Below are positions 50,301 to 58,305 of a DNA stretch of 64,000 nt, piece after piece. A model generated the notes under the pieces. The model was not told the DNA's origin, searched no databases, and worked only from the letters and a program-made list of their open reading frames with translations. This DNA comes from a virus. Made by a program: the position numbers and the translations under genes. Each line of letters begins with the position of its first letter. The stretch's first letter is position 1. Where the stretch lies: IMG/VR virus record IMGVR_UViG_3300027763_000029, one strand, 5' to 3'.

Positions 50301-51227
50301 AACATTAAAAATATTTGGCATATTTCCACTAGATATTGGTCCATAATAATCAACGCCCTCTCTTCCAACATAATTTCTTGGACCAGCTAAACTATTATCT
50401 ATAGTTGTATCAGAGTTTGTGGTAGGATCGTCAGCTCTGCTATAAATAGCACCAGCAAAATTATTCAATATTATATAACAATTTGATAAAACGCTTTCAA
50501 ATCCAGCAATATTAACAGTATAGTTTTCTCCTCCTGAATTCAAACTATTGCTCCAAGACTGAACAATTCCACCAAAAGCAAAATCTCCCATCTTAAAATA
50601 AACAGGAGTATTGATTATATCGTATCCTTTGTTAAGATTTAAATTGTCGGATTGATACTTAAGGATCAAATTACCGGTTGTATCAATTCTATTTGGTTTT
50701 CCAAAAAATCCAGGATCACTATTAAACCAATATTTAGAAAATAATGCTTGTGGTGGAGCATATGTTGGCATAAATTCATAAAAAACCTTACCAGGAACCA
50801 TAAGATCTTCTAGTTTTGTTCCTGGAGTAGGTGGATTTCCTGGTGCTCCTGTTGTAGCAGCACATCCTGTGGTATCAACATAACATTGATGTCCACTACA
50901 AGTATAATAATGATCAGGTAACTCGAATGTCGATAAAGAAACACCCTGTGCTGGAAGACCAATATATGTATCAATAGCTGGTTTAAGATCGCGGCCATCG
51001 GTGGGTGTTGTTCCATCTACTGGTTGTGGAAATTGTTTCGATATTCTTAGTTCTTGTCCAGTATTATAGAGACATGATGGCGAATTTTTGTCTTCAATTA
51101 AATTAACCGTTAATTGAGATGCTTGTCCTGCCCATCCCTTACTAACATTAAAGTTAGATACGCTTGCTCCTAAAAACAAGGTTTGAGCAATAATTTTATC
51201 GTAGCTATTACATCTTTGTGTTGCCAT
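44325..51227 (-). CDS. Giant (2300 aa) putative tail/baseplate protein
   Basis: Long ORF. QTLFLGASV...SQLTVNLIED, FAFGGIVQSW and IMDLINQITEESGYDY suggest hub-like architecture (inference). Confidence 0.6.
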   Translation of the reverse strand: MATQRCNSYDKIIAQTLFLGASVSNFNVSKGWAGQASQLTVNLIEDKNSPSCLYNTGQELRISKQFPQPVDGTTPTDGRDLKPAIDTYIGLPAQGVSLSTFELPDHYYTCSGHQCYVDTTGCAATTGAPGNPPTPGTKLEDLMVPGKVFYEFMPTYAPPQALFSKYWFNSDPGFFGKPNRIDTTGNLILKYQSDNLNLNKGYDIINTPVYFKMGDFAFGGIVQSWSNSLNSGGENYTVNIAGFESVLSNCYIILNNFAGAIYSRADDPTTNSDTTIDNSLAGPRNYVGREGVDYYGPISSGNMPNIFNVYGFLESLGQGGFGGANINQEGISANKIVDALSVLTSSTSNSSPNFFTDMDQGNQQDYYRDFGSKSAFSPFGRILVKTMQEFDSYEPIKTTFARFGVIPPTLTYVDTGRSARSGSTQITDNYCQFVLDLSELPRTPNDYRIAGPVITIMDLINQITEESGYDYHISYYPVSHQNTLYNVIKVHTISRLSQPKTNSIENTIKLLQCQGYPISSLQVGKEKNETHARQMILGGKQQRLYQAKSLRLAYSQNTYIFNPITYQFVDFMRMGSWKPDNARTREPGPGVRDWYHHGKIKFPSFLSTRNIDLSAIINPAYSGFYEYQNKIQNKITTISGTFNTLDNKWSDSKNLASNQFSPLQGNYGASNIVKQSGLDPMTANANFPVGAAGPFGTNPNERFFPIYMDVISPFFGFAMESEINVDIGTNNNNDFRRIRPVFFDTWTGQLVLLLGLFELPTTSVDLEGFYSSRAQKYFTLTENEMRAAIAGFENFLVYSLSKTYKNDLIEMVRIAFQNKIYNEYIADLHVDAATALEMAQEATDWYWKLTNSNIAGPFGQTVEMAGDKGDGSATIDPEALKDLQIIHNFISEIANKYYGKKYMVHAPSLRSYRDDQFADIVLSTQVGDAYVFGGGGELHYNYEPTNDGAWEEYGNIIDDTIAVGSKYWYNITDDVGKIKPLVGYNISESFDYIRHNICRMTIAQVNDYKYAKNDPFWSFDNYEYMMRVRDGSCSLNKFLVPSVDISSLGTTDYVTVDVEGVTDLTSLPRIYNQWKITGNTRTPFNPLNYNFSKTTAKDPFGSGLLAADGSPIPMKKLYATTSLEEKFIYLEPSKLYGPRILVDAPGLALGFSSNEYSKDPNRTVLSNIAVEDLSIYLHSVDPNNWDNEWIRFMLFYTSPIAGTQSFMIGNYAASANQSANFVEIAPKVAHPFFVGIPIKSNQFSYGPWTNYPFRQRERIFVSGNNITTSSSIPPSCTITGVTFDESQARKAVDNWMLPTNVEIIEDFVPWNYGGMTFLDSAAHNEIEKKLNYQSVIETAQIDIPKLPLFSLGGAFVTGMLDPIFPMTGELSISYIDYKDNDSFARILQTLPINSGAIIPQVPTITTKNLDYKVFVVTGISVYTDGPIITNIQTSIGQGGITTTYHFRTYTQKLGLFNKQANDRLKKLGTDGFKRNKKIAGIQQQATNILNVQNKFLQEKRIEGASFSGKDLSSKLFGWSPSTVLIGQANPYIRCPDRETPYLEPNGLYSQVTGLNTDHSSKPSGFILVPGKDPGTYSGVMNSGYLTDMLSSVALGSTIRYKTSVGLYQLKEVDAQIKKDHGLQSMMSIDGIFSPVSFYPTFKNSTYSYTLYDTYTCPFCKGTKKILADYVFKTKEGKSTNFTGIKIYCDKCCRGSENPVEMLKSTQTTSSSTQSIETLPPYIITSGTDITALDFIKKAGASVSSSTITSTSSTSTSSTSTVGVTIPINLVTLNPIVVPHGNLANTNVQLYSGIHPDGSGIHGDLSIGIYSSYSPRMFHDRCRHSIEIVGRGAVKPKNIDIHNNIDYYMSRKFLNKPQFQPDFYNKDILLAKKIKEKEGINVDYQMNERFLGLRGPLVMHGWGYDLEGYPVPNAADEPYQVDQYGRPRRFKLLLKAENTTVNKKYDDISDTKFVFRFTNTTINILTAIVDWAEPPLDTNGRPTRTPPDLSDEEIIIIEKCKFLIQNNLDWVKNFELDAFCIDQLDYVKNLMRRVGGGFSASQIDNFHFITYEVIYETNMENIGGFMDDTVAYPNDKTAGFQGPIVSKTQRWQVTASKSYEDPPATTPGKWTDKQKLKQFYLNWAERTDLWPVGPIDFRWDESRRVWTTKSSDAASLYKMVYVTLEEDLVRDDGMDETYPARGFLDDLEYSTEPLAAGLRRLVFVKDKAGFSAPRGAKLLCRYDKDSGFYEAVSKPSFIAKGAIAPGSNQATLEMSYAPGKKRGEAYPTMLVLFENPFNLSTSGGNGLFTYINGKWTLTTSS

Positions 51228-51229
51228 AT

Positions 51230-53254
51230 TTAATCATCTAAATAAGATCTTGATAAATTACAGGTTTGATATACCCATCCTATTGTTCTAGTATATCTTC
51301 CTTCCGTCGGATTCCAATTAGAATTATCCTGAGAGACGAAAACTTGTCCAGTATCATTGGTGCGAGTAGCGAAAGTACCAAAAACAGAAGACTGTCTATC
51401 ACCAAATGGCTTGAATCCTTCTATAATAGCTTGAATAGTTTTATATGTGGTACCACCAGTATATAGTGGACACTCACTATTACTCAACATAAATCCATTA
51501 AAACTACTGGGAGGTACAACAACAATTTCAAAAGTTAAATCTTTTCTGGAACTTGTTTTTGCTCCTAAAGATTGTAATACTGGACCTAATCGACGACCAA
51601 GAACAAAAGCCTCATTAATAACGTCGATAGGTCCTGTCTGATTAATGGTAATATTTTCAGCTAAAACCCCACTTATAAATCTAAACTTATCGTTGAATTC
51701 ATAAGAATAGCTAATACTTCCTTTTCTTGGATCATGACCTTCATTTGTAGATACTGGAATGATATTTAATAATTTTTGTTTGCAATATGTCGGATTTCTT
51801 GGTGGTGGCTGAGGATTAGCTGTTAAAGATACATAATCATCTGTACTTTTTTCAAAATTTATAGGATAACTAGCTCTTCTATATAAATATGGTTTAATGT
51901 CATTTATCCACCCACTAAGAGCATTCTCGTATTTTGTACCATAAAAATTTTGATCATAAGAATTGGTAGATCCTGATACATTGAGGATGCCTTGAGATAG
52001 ATTAGTAGCTGATGCTCCATTATTCTTAGAAAAAGACAAATCTATATAACCGCTGGTTGGAATTAAACCAGAAACTCCACTCATGATTGGTAATTGTGCT
52101 ATCATTAATCCTTTAATACTTCCTTGAACTCTTACAGTTCTAACAAATCTCTCATCTGTTGAAGCTTCTACAGTATAGTCCTCTACATACTTTATTCCGG
52201 TTGGCATAGCTAACCAGGTTTCGTTAACTTCATATGATCCTGCTGTTTCACTAAAATTTATTGTTCTTAGATGATTGTATAAAAATATTTTATCGAAATT
52301 TGATATAGTACTTATTGATGATGAAGCGAAGTGTACCCCACTATTATTATTGTTACCAGCACTATAAGGTTGGGCTAATCTTTCTGATACCCAATTTTTA
52401 GCATTTAAGTAAGCTGATACATTACCTTGCACGCACCCTGTTCCACTCGGGCCAGTTATTCCTTCAGCTGAAATTTTGCGAGATAATTTAAATTGTGGTA
52501 TATTAGTAAAATTTAATTGACTAATTCCATATGGATTTGGTTCACCTTGATTTGTTGGAGATGGTATCAAAGTGGTTGTTGATGTGTTATTGCTTCCATT
52601 AGATGCTCCTGGTGCAGATAATCTTGTTGGGGCCAGATTAGGATTATGATATTCTGATTTTTGAGTAACATCTCTAGCAAATGAAGCATAAACGTATTCT
52701 TCCATGGGTTCTAACGACCAAGAATCAGATCCGGCTCTGATAAGATATCCACTAGAAGCTGGTTTACTATATTCTAAATCAATAGTGTAGTCTGCGGAAA
52801 AAATCCAGTTATCATTAGTTTTATTTATGTTGAAAGAATTAACTTTAACCCCGCATCCTTCGACAATAGGATTGCTGCCGCATTTTATTTGGAAAGTACC
52901 AAAACCATTATCTTTAGAAAATAAATCAGTCATTTTTTGGGAGGCATCTAAGATAACGGCAGTTCCAGTTCCATCAGGATTAGTTCCTACCGTATTGGAA
53001 GTTCTTAATATCTTACCATTAAGTGTTACTTTAGTTGTTGTACTAAATAATGTTCCTGCTTCTGATCTATTAAAAACTGTTGATAAATCAACTAATGGTA
53101 CTGGTCCAGCTATATCATCTAGTCCGCTACCGTTATAATATACTCTAACAGGTTTGGTACTAGTAGTAGAACCATTTGAATATGGACCCCCTGCTTGAGC
53201 AGAAAACAGAGGATTATAATCATCTTCATGATTAGATGGGCTACTATATACCAT
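51230..53254 (-). CDS. Putative virion structural protein
   Basis: 674-aa ORF with AAGGA SD, coupled to the giant genes. Recurrent beta-strand motifs. Confidence 0.6.
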   Translation of the reverse strand: MVYSSPSNHEDDYNPLFSAQAGGPYSNGSTTSTKPVRVYYNGSGLDDIAGPVPLVDLSTVFNRSEAGTLFSTTTKVTLNGKILRTSNTVGTNPDGTGTAVILDASQKMTDLFSKDNGFGTFQIKCGSNPIVEGCGVKVNSFNINKTNDNWIFSADYTIDLEYSKPASSGYLIRAGSDSWSLEPMEEYVYASFARDVTQKSEYHNPNLAPTRLSAPGASNGSNNTSTTTLIPSPTNQGEPNPYGISQLNFTNIPQFKLSRKISAEGITGPSGTGCVQGNVSAYLNAKNWVSERLAQPYSAGNNNNSGVHFASSSISTISNFDKIFLYNHLRTINFSETAGSYEVNETWLAMPTGIKYVEDYTVEASTDERFVRTVRVQGSIKGLMIAQLPIMSGVSGLIPTSGYIDLSFSKNNGASATNLSQGILNVSGSTNSYDQNFYGTKYENALSGWINDIKPYLYRRASYPINFEKSTDDYVSLTANPQPPPRNPTYCKQKLLNIIPVSTNEGHDPRKGSISYSYEFNDKFRFISGVLAENITINQTGPIDVINEAFVLGRRLGPVLQSLGAKTSSRKDLTFEIVVVPPSSFNGFMLSNSECPLYTGGTTYKTIQAIIEGFKPFGDRQSSVFGTFATRTNDTGQVFVSQDNSNWNPTEGRYTRTIGWVYQTCNLSRSYLDD

Positions 53255-53287
53255 ATTTTTCCTTTAGAAGTTCCCTTTATTCTGTCT

Positions 53288-53524
53288 TTATGCAAATTGG
53301 TAGTAGAAAGATAGTCTTTTTGTGGTTTCCTTAGCTACAAAACTAAAGCTTTCTGGGAAAATTATTGATTGTGTATTATTCATATTTTTAATGAATACTG
53401 TATATTTACGACCAGGAATCAAATCTTCAACATCAACCATAAGCGAACTTGGAATATGACAAGAATCACTTGATTGATTGATTATATTTCCATCTGGGAA
53501 TGATATTGTTAAGTCTTTGACCAT
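53288..53524 (-). CDS. Small hypothetical protein
   Basis: AAGGAG SD. EDLIPGRKYTV resembles an FN3 strand. Confidence 0.6.
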   Translation of the reverse strand: MVKDLTISFPDGNIINQSSDSCHIPSSLMVDVEDLIPGRKYTVFIKNMNNTQSIIFPESFSFVAKETTKRLSFYYQFA

Positions 53525-53541
53525 ATTCTGATACTCCTTAA

Positions 53542-53554
53542 GAATAAATACACC
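53542..53554 (-). promoter_or_regulatory. GGTGTAT motif (putative late promoter)
   Basis: GGTGTATTTATTC on the - strand, 30 nt before ATG 53524. Confidence 0.55.
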
Positions 53555-53613
53555 AAATCGGATTCGTAATTTAAAGGCTATTTTATATTCGCTACTATAT
53601 CTATAGTATCTTA

Positions 53614-56274
53614 TTAGCTTGGAACTGTCAATTGGACAATATTACTATTTATACCATATTCACGAGTTCCACCGCCTGCCTCTACAACTACATCTGTTTT
53701 AACTATGCAACGATAGTATTTACCATTATCATTAGCGTAGGTGAGCCCAGTAAGATTTAATGTGCTAGAGGTTGCACCAGGAATATAAGTTAATTGCGCA
53801 TTTCCGTTTTGTTGTGGGGTGAGGGACGAACCCCTATACCATTGATATGTTGGAGTTTCTGTTCCTACAACGGTTACAGGATAAGAAAATGTTGCATTTC
53901 CTCCTACTGCCGTTTGTGGTTGTAGGATAGGTTGTGTCGAGTAAGGATAGTTACTAGACGTATCATTAGCAATAGCCCAAACCTTTAATCCTACTAAGGA
54001 ACCATTGTTACCATCGATATTAAATGTAAAATAGTCACCAGCAACAACATCTCCAACATATAATCCACTGCCAGTAGTATTATTTAAATTAATCAAATAA
54101 GTACTTTCTCTAATCCTACTATAATAATCAATAGGATCGTTTTTCCTGATATATGTTTCAGTATAGGTATTTTCGTCTTGTGAATAACTAGAAGAATTCC
54201 ATTTAATATGAATTTTACCAGGAGCACCTATTGATAAACATAAACTAGTATTAACTGGAAATGATGCTTTTCTAAATGCAGTAGCTTCAGAAACTCCAGC
54301 ATATCCACTATCCCATCCACCACACGCAGATGCTCCGATAGCAGAAAGAGACGCTATAATAGTTGGTATAGCATATATTTCGACATTAGAGAAAAGTTGA
54401 GATCCATCTTTTTCGCTACTTTCAATTGTTATTATATCATTAGCAACAACTGAGAATGTGGTAGTCCTGTTTGTGCCGGTCGATACGCTATACATTGAAG
54501 TTTTAGATCCTCCAGTAGTCTTGTATACTATAGCAGAACCGTCAGCGCCATCTTGATCTAAAAAGTCAAATTCCACAGTAATAGCAGCGGCGGCATTAAC
54601 TGTCCAAGAATAGCGGGTCAATCCATTAACATCAATATCCACAACAGAGTCTGCTCTAAAATAATGACTAGATTCTGTTCCGATTCCTGAGAAAGACGAT
54701 GTATTTCCACCGCCATTAGAACGAGAAATTGTTAAAAGTCTAGGAGGTGGAGATGAAGTTGGTGTTAATGTTTGTGTAGCTGTTAATGTTGGTGTTGAAG
54801 TTACTGCTGGAGTTATGGTTTGTGTTAATGTTGGAGTAACTGTTGTTGTAGCTGTAATGGTTTGAGTAATCGTTGCTGTTATTGTTGGGGTAGCTGTAAC
54901 TGTTGGAGTAATTGTTCCTGTTACTGTTTTTGTTACCGTTACTGTTGGAGTAATTGTCGAAGTAATAGTTGGAGTAACTGTTGAAGTAGTTGTTGGGGTT
55001 GGACTAACAGGGGTAGCTGTTACTGTTGGAGTAGCTGTAGCTGTTACCGTTTCTGTCACTGTTGCCGTTGGGGTTGCTGTTTGAGTGGCTGTTGGTGTTG
55101 GACTAAGAGGAGTAGCTGTTACTGTTGGAGTAGGTGTTACTGTTGGGGTGGTAACAGCAGTTTTTGTTGGGGTTGGCGTAACCGTCGAAGTTCGTGTTGG
55201 GGTTGGTGAAACAACAATAGATCCGTTTCCTATACCGTCAGCACTAATGATTGATGGAGGACTATCGCTTTGGGTAGGATAAGTCCAATAGCCAGCATTT
55301 AGACCTCCGCTCTTATAATATGCTGCCTTATACCATTCATCTTCTGTTGGAATATGATATTTTGCACCACTATTCTTATCAACTGTTCCACCACTAGTTT
55401 TTCCATTTAAAGTATATGCTCCATCTTCTGTGGTAGTATTATCTTGCAATCCGCTAGGCTTGTTATTATGTATCCAGTTTGCGTATCTTGCAGCATCAAA
55501 CCAGCTTACATATGCTACTGGTTTATTACCATAATTTGCTTTAACACTATATAAATAGCTACCATTATTCCCGCTACGAATTATGCCTCCTCTTGATATT
55601 CCCATTTCAGCTTTATATAGACCATACTCATCTGTTGAAGCAATAGAATTTAAAAAATCTTTATATTCGTTATTTGTCACAAGATATTTTTGTATGAAAT
55701 AATCATACCTAACTCGCCCCTTTTCTCCACCAAAAAAAACAGCATTGTCTTCAAGAGTATTTAGAAATCTAGTATCAGCAATATTGTTGCTGTCTTCAAC
55801 ACTAACAAAATTAGGTAAAGAATAAATATTAGAGATACTAGCTAAACGAAAGCCATTATTTGGAGCCGATGAGTTTGGATTACCAATATTATTATGCAAA
55901 GGACTTAAAACACTGTATCCTACCCCCAACCAAGATCCTCCCCTAACATAACCTGAAGGACTAGCAAGCCCATCCAAGCTATTCCATTCATTTAGCTGTC
56001 CACCCATATCATAAGTGCCATATGCTCCTGGCCCCCCATTAGTTCCAACACTTGTTAAATTACCTTCGAATCCATCTGAAGGATTATCCCATGTGGCACC
56101 CCTCCAGAAATTAGCAGTATTTGCACCAATAATAAGTTTTGGGGTATTGACTACATAATTGGTAAAAGCTCCTTGACCCATAGAATTAACTGCTGCTACC
56201 CTTACTCTATAGGATGCTCCATTTTTTAACTTGCTTAGTGTATAGGCCGTATTTGAAGTATTAACTATGGTCAT
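53614..56274 (-). CDS. Adhesin-like virion protein: partial FN3, permuted FGE-sulfatase (CLec) domain, Pro/Thr stalk, Ig-like C-terminus
   Basis: LKNGASYRVRVAAVN, YGTYDMGGQLNEW...GFR...KPVAYVSWFDAARYANW...[13 protein letters not shown], and TYQWY...GKYYRCIV. Confidence 0.8.
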   Translation of the reverse strand: MTIVNTSNTAYTLSKLKNGASYRVRVAAVNSMGQGAFTNYVVNTPKLIIGANTANFWRGATWDNPSDGFEGNLTSVGTNGGPGAYGTYDMGGQLNEWNSLDGLASPSGYVRGGSWLGVGYSVLSPLHNNIGNPNSSAPNNGFRLASISNIYSLPNFVSVEDSNNIADTRFLNTLEDNAVFFGGEKGRVRYDYFIQKYLVTNNEYKDFLNSIASTDEYGLYKAEMGISRGGIIRSGNNGSYLYSVKANYGNKPVAYVSWFDAARYANWIHNNKPSGLQDNTTTEDGAYTLNGKTSGGTVDKNSGAKYHIPTEDEWYKAAYYKSGGLNAGYWTYPTQSDSPPSIISADGIGNGSIVVSPTPTRTSTVTPTPTKTAVTTPTVTPTPTVTATPLSPTPTATQTATPTATVTETVTATATPTVTATPVSPTPTTTSTVTPTITSTITPTVTVTKTVTGTITPTVTATPTITATITQTITATTTVTPTLTQTITPAVTSTPTLTATQTLTPTSSPPPRLLTISRSNGGGNTSSFSGIGTESSHYFRADSVVDIDVNGLTRYSWTVNAAAAITVEFDFLDQDGADGSAIVYKTTGGSKTSMYSVSTGTNRTTTFSVVANDIITIESSEKDGSQLFSNVEIYAIPTIIASLSAIGASACGGWDSGYAGVSEATAFRKASFPVNTSLCLSIGAPGKIHIKWNSSSYSQDENTYTETYIRKNDPIDYYSRIRESTYLINLNNTTGSGLYVGDVVAGDYFTFNIDGNNGSLVGLKVWAIANDTSSNYPYSTQPILQPQTAVGGNATFSYPVTVVGTETPTYQWYRGSSLTPQQNGNAQLTYIPGATSSTLNLTGLTYANDNGKYYRCIVKTDVVVEAGGGTREYGINSNIVQLTVPS

Positions 56275-56303
56275 TTAAATTTCCTAATAAATCATATTGA
56301 TAA

Positions 56304-56316
56304 TAAATAATACACC
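56304..56316 (-). promoter_or_regulatory. GGTGTAT motif (putative late promoter)
   Basis: GGTGTATTATTTA on the - strand, 42 nt before ATG 56274. Confidence 0.55.
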
Positions 56317-56325
56317 TATCAAAAA

Positions 56326-58305
56326 TTAACTAATAAACGTGAAACCTGACGGAATAGAACCTACTGACATATTAATACTAATTTCTGCAAGAGTATTGCC
56401 AACCCTATAAGGACAAGCTGCTGGAAATAGATCTCCAATTAGTGTGGAAATATCTATGCCACCAGATGCCGATGACGGATTAGCACCAGCATCGTTATTC
56501 CAATAGCCGGCAGTAACTCTAAACCAGATTAAATTATTAACTCTATCAACCGCAACGTCTATAGTATTATTTGAGAATCTAGCTATTGTATTTATGACCC
56601 TATTGTTTAAATAAACTGATCCATCATCATAGTAGCCTATAGAAGCATTTCCATCCGATGAACCCAAATAAGAAGATAAATTAGAATTTATATTACCAAC
56701 TCCAACACCAGCATATCCAGAAATACTATTGCTTACAAACATACTAAATATAACTTTTTGACCAGATAAGATAGCTCTATTTGTTAGAGTAGTAGTTTCT
56801 GTAGCAGCATCAATACTAATATTTGTATATGTATATGTAGCTGTTTTATTGTTAGGATTAATAGAGATATATGGTCCTGTATGATTAATATCAAAAATAA
56901 ATGGTATTATTGATTTACTAGGTGTTACTGTTGGTGTTGCGGTGAGCGTGGTGGTTGGAGTTGGGGTAAATCCTCTAGTTGATGTGATAGTATTAGTAGG
57001 AGTGGTAGTAGGAGTTATTGATTTAGTAGGGGTGACTGTTTGTGTTATTGTTGGTGTTGGTGTTGGAGTAGGTGGTCCAATAACTGATGCTCCAACGGTA
57101 TTTTTAATCATAATGTAGTATTGGTCTTTTTCTAGACTTACTAAACTATTATAATTTCCGTCTATAGCATTTTGATTAGTAATCCAAGTGGAAAATCCAT
57201 TCTTATTTTTATTAAGACCATGAATACATGAAACGCTATTAATCCAATCTGCCGGATTTAAATCAATATTCGGTCCAGTATATTTGATAATACTAATTGG
57301 TTTATTTAAAATTACTGACGAATTATTAGAGTATGGAGCTGTTTGCTGTAATAAGACATAATCTGGTCTTTCGCTTTTGCTAATAACAAGATAGTTTTTG
57401 TGGGGTTCTAAAATCTCTAATGAATTAGATTGAATATCTGGATCATACTCGACATATCCTTTTCCATCTTCTGATATTCCAATTATTTTTTCTATTTGAG
57501 ATAATACATTACCTCCTAAACTATCAATATTTATAGACTCTATGCTTGATGATGATGGATATGCTTCTGTCGGAATGTCGATAGTTGAATTAGTATACCC
57601 TCTACTAAATCCATTAGTTATTCTAAAATCATCGATATAACCTTTAAAATAAGCATTAGCACCAAAATAATAAGTCATAAAACCCATCGATTGATCAAAA
57701 GAATATTCAGTATTATCAATTATTGTATTGCTTCTTTTTATACCATCAATATAAAGTCTATTTGATGATCCTGATCTGGAAATAGCAAAGTGCTGCCACT
57801 TATTATTTAATAAATAGCTGTTTAGATTTGTAAAACTTAATTGATAATTTACTATTCCAGCACCTAGTTTCAATTCTCCTGATGAACAATTTAAATAAAT
57901 ACCATTATCAGATCCTGATATTGGCTTTAGAATATATCCACTATCTGTAAAGTCCGCCTTCTTCATCCACCATTCGATAGCAAAATCTCCAGTTAAAGAT
58001 ACTGATTGTGTTCCATTTAATGTAAAGTATCCATTTGAATAAGGTCCAAGATTAGGATTATAAAAACTTCCAGAACCAAATACCTTATCAGATGAAGATA
58101 TACCTGCTGTAGAATTAGCCGTAACAGAACGATTATATATTGATGAATCAGTAAGCGAATTTCCACTTAATAATAAAGCAACTTGAGAATAATATGGATC
58201 AGTATTACCAGTATAAGTAAAAAAACAATATTTGCTATTAATTAGTAATGGTTTTGGATAAAAGCAATTATTCATAATATTTATGTCTCTAGTATATTGG
58301 CTCAA
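56326..58305 (-). CDS. LamG plus Pro/Thr linker plus SPRY-like virion protein
   Basis: [36 protein letters not shown] and [15 protein letters not shown]. Confidence 0.8.
   Translation of the reverse strand: MSQYTRDINIMNNCFYPKPLLINSKYCFFTYTGNTDPYYSQVALLLSGNSLTDSSIYNRSVTANSTAGISSSDKVFGSGSFYNPNLGPYSNGYFTLNGTQSVSLTGDFAIEWWMKKADFTDSGYILKPISGSDNGIYLNCSSGELKLGAGIVNYQLSFTNLNSYLLNNKWQHFAISRSGSSNRLYIDGIKRSNTIIDNTEYSFDQSMGFMTYYFGANAYFKGYIDDFRITNGFSRGYTNSTIDIPTEAYPSSSSIESINIDSLGGNVLSQIEKIIGISEDGKGYVEYDPDIQSNSLEILEPHKNYLVISKSERPDYVLLQQTAPYSNNSSVILNKPISIIKYTGPNIDLNPADWINSVSCIHGLNKNKNGFSTWITNQNAIDGNYNSLVSLEKDQYYIMIKNTVGASVIGPPTPTPTPTITQTVTPTKSITPTTTPTNTITSTRGFTPTPTTTLTATPTVTPSKSIIPFIFDINHTGPYISINPNNKTATYTYTNISIDAATETTTLTNRAILSGQKVIFSMFVSNSISGYAGVGVGNINSNLSSYLGSSDGNASIGYYDDGSVYLNNRVINTIARFSNNTIDVAVDRVNNLIWFRVTAGYWNNDAGANPSSASGGIDISTLIGDLFPAACPYRVGNTLAEISINMSVGSIPSGFTFIS

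Noticed and set aside
53593-53608. TACTATA-TC-TATAGTA inverted repeat
   Set aside because: It is short and AT-rich, so likely to occur by chance at this base composition.
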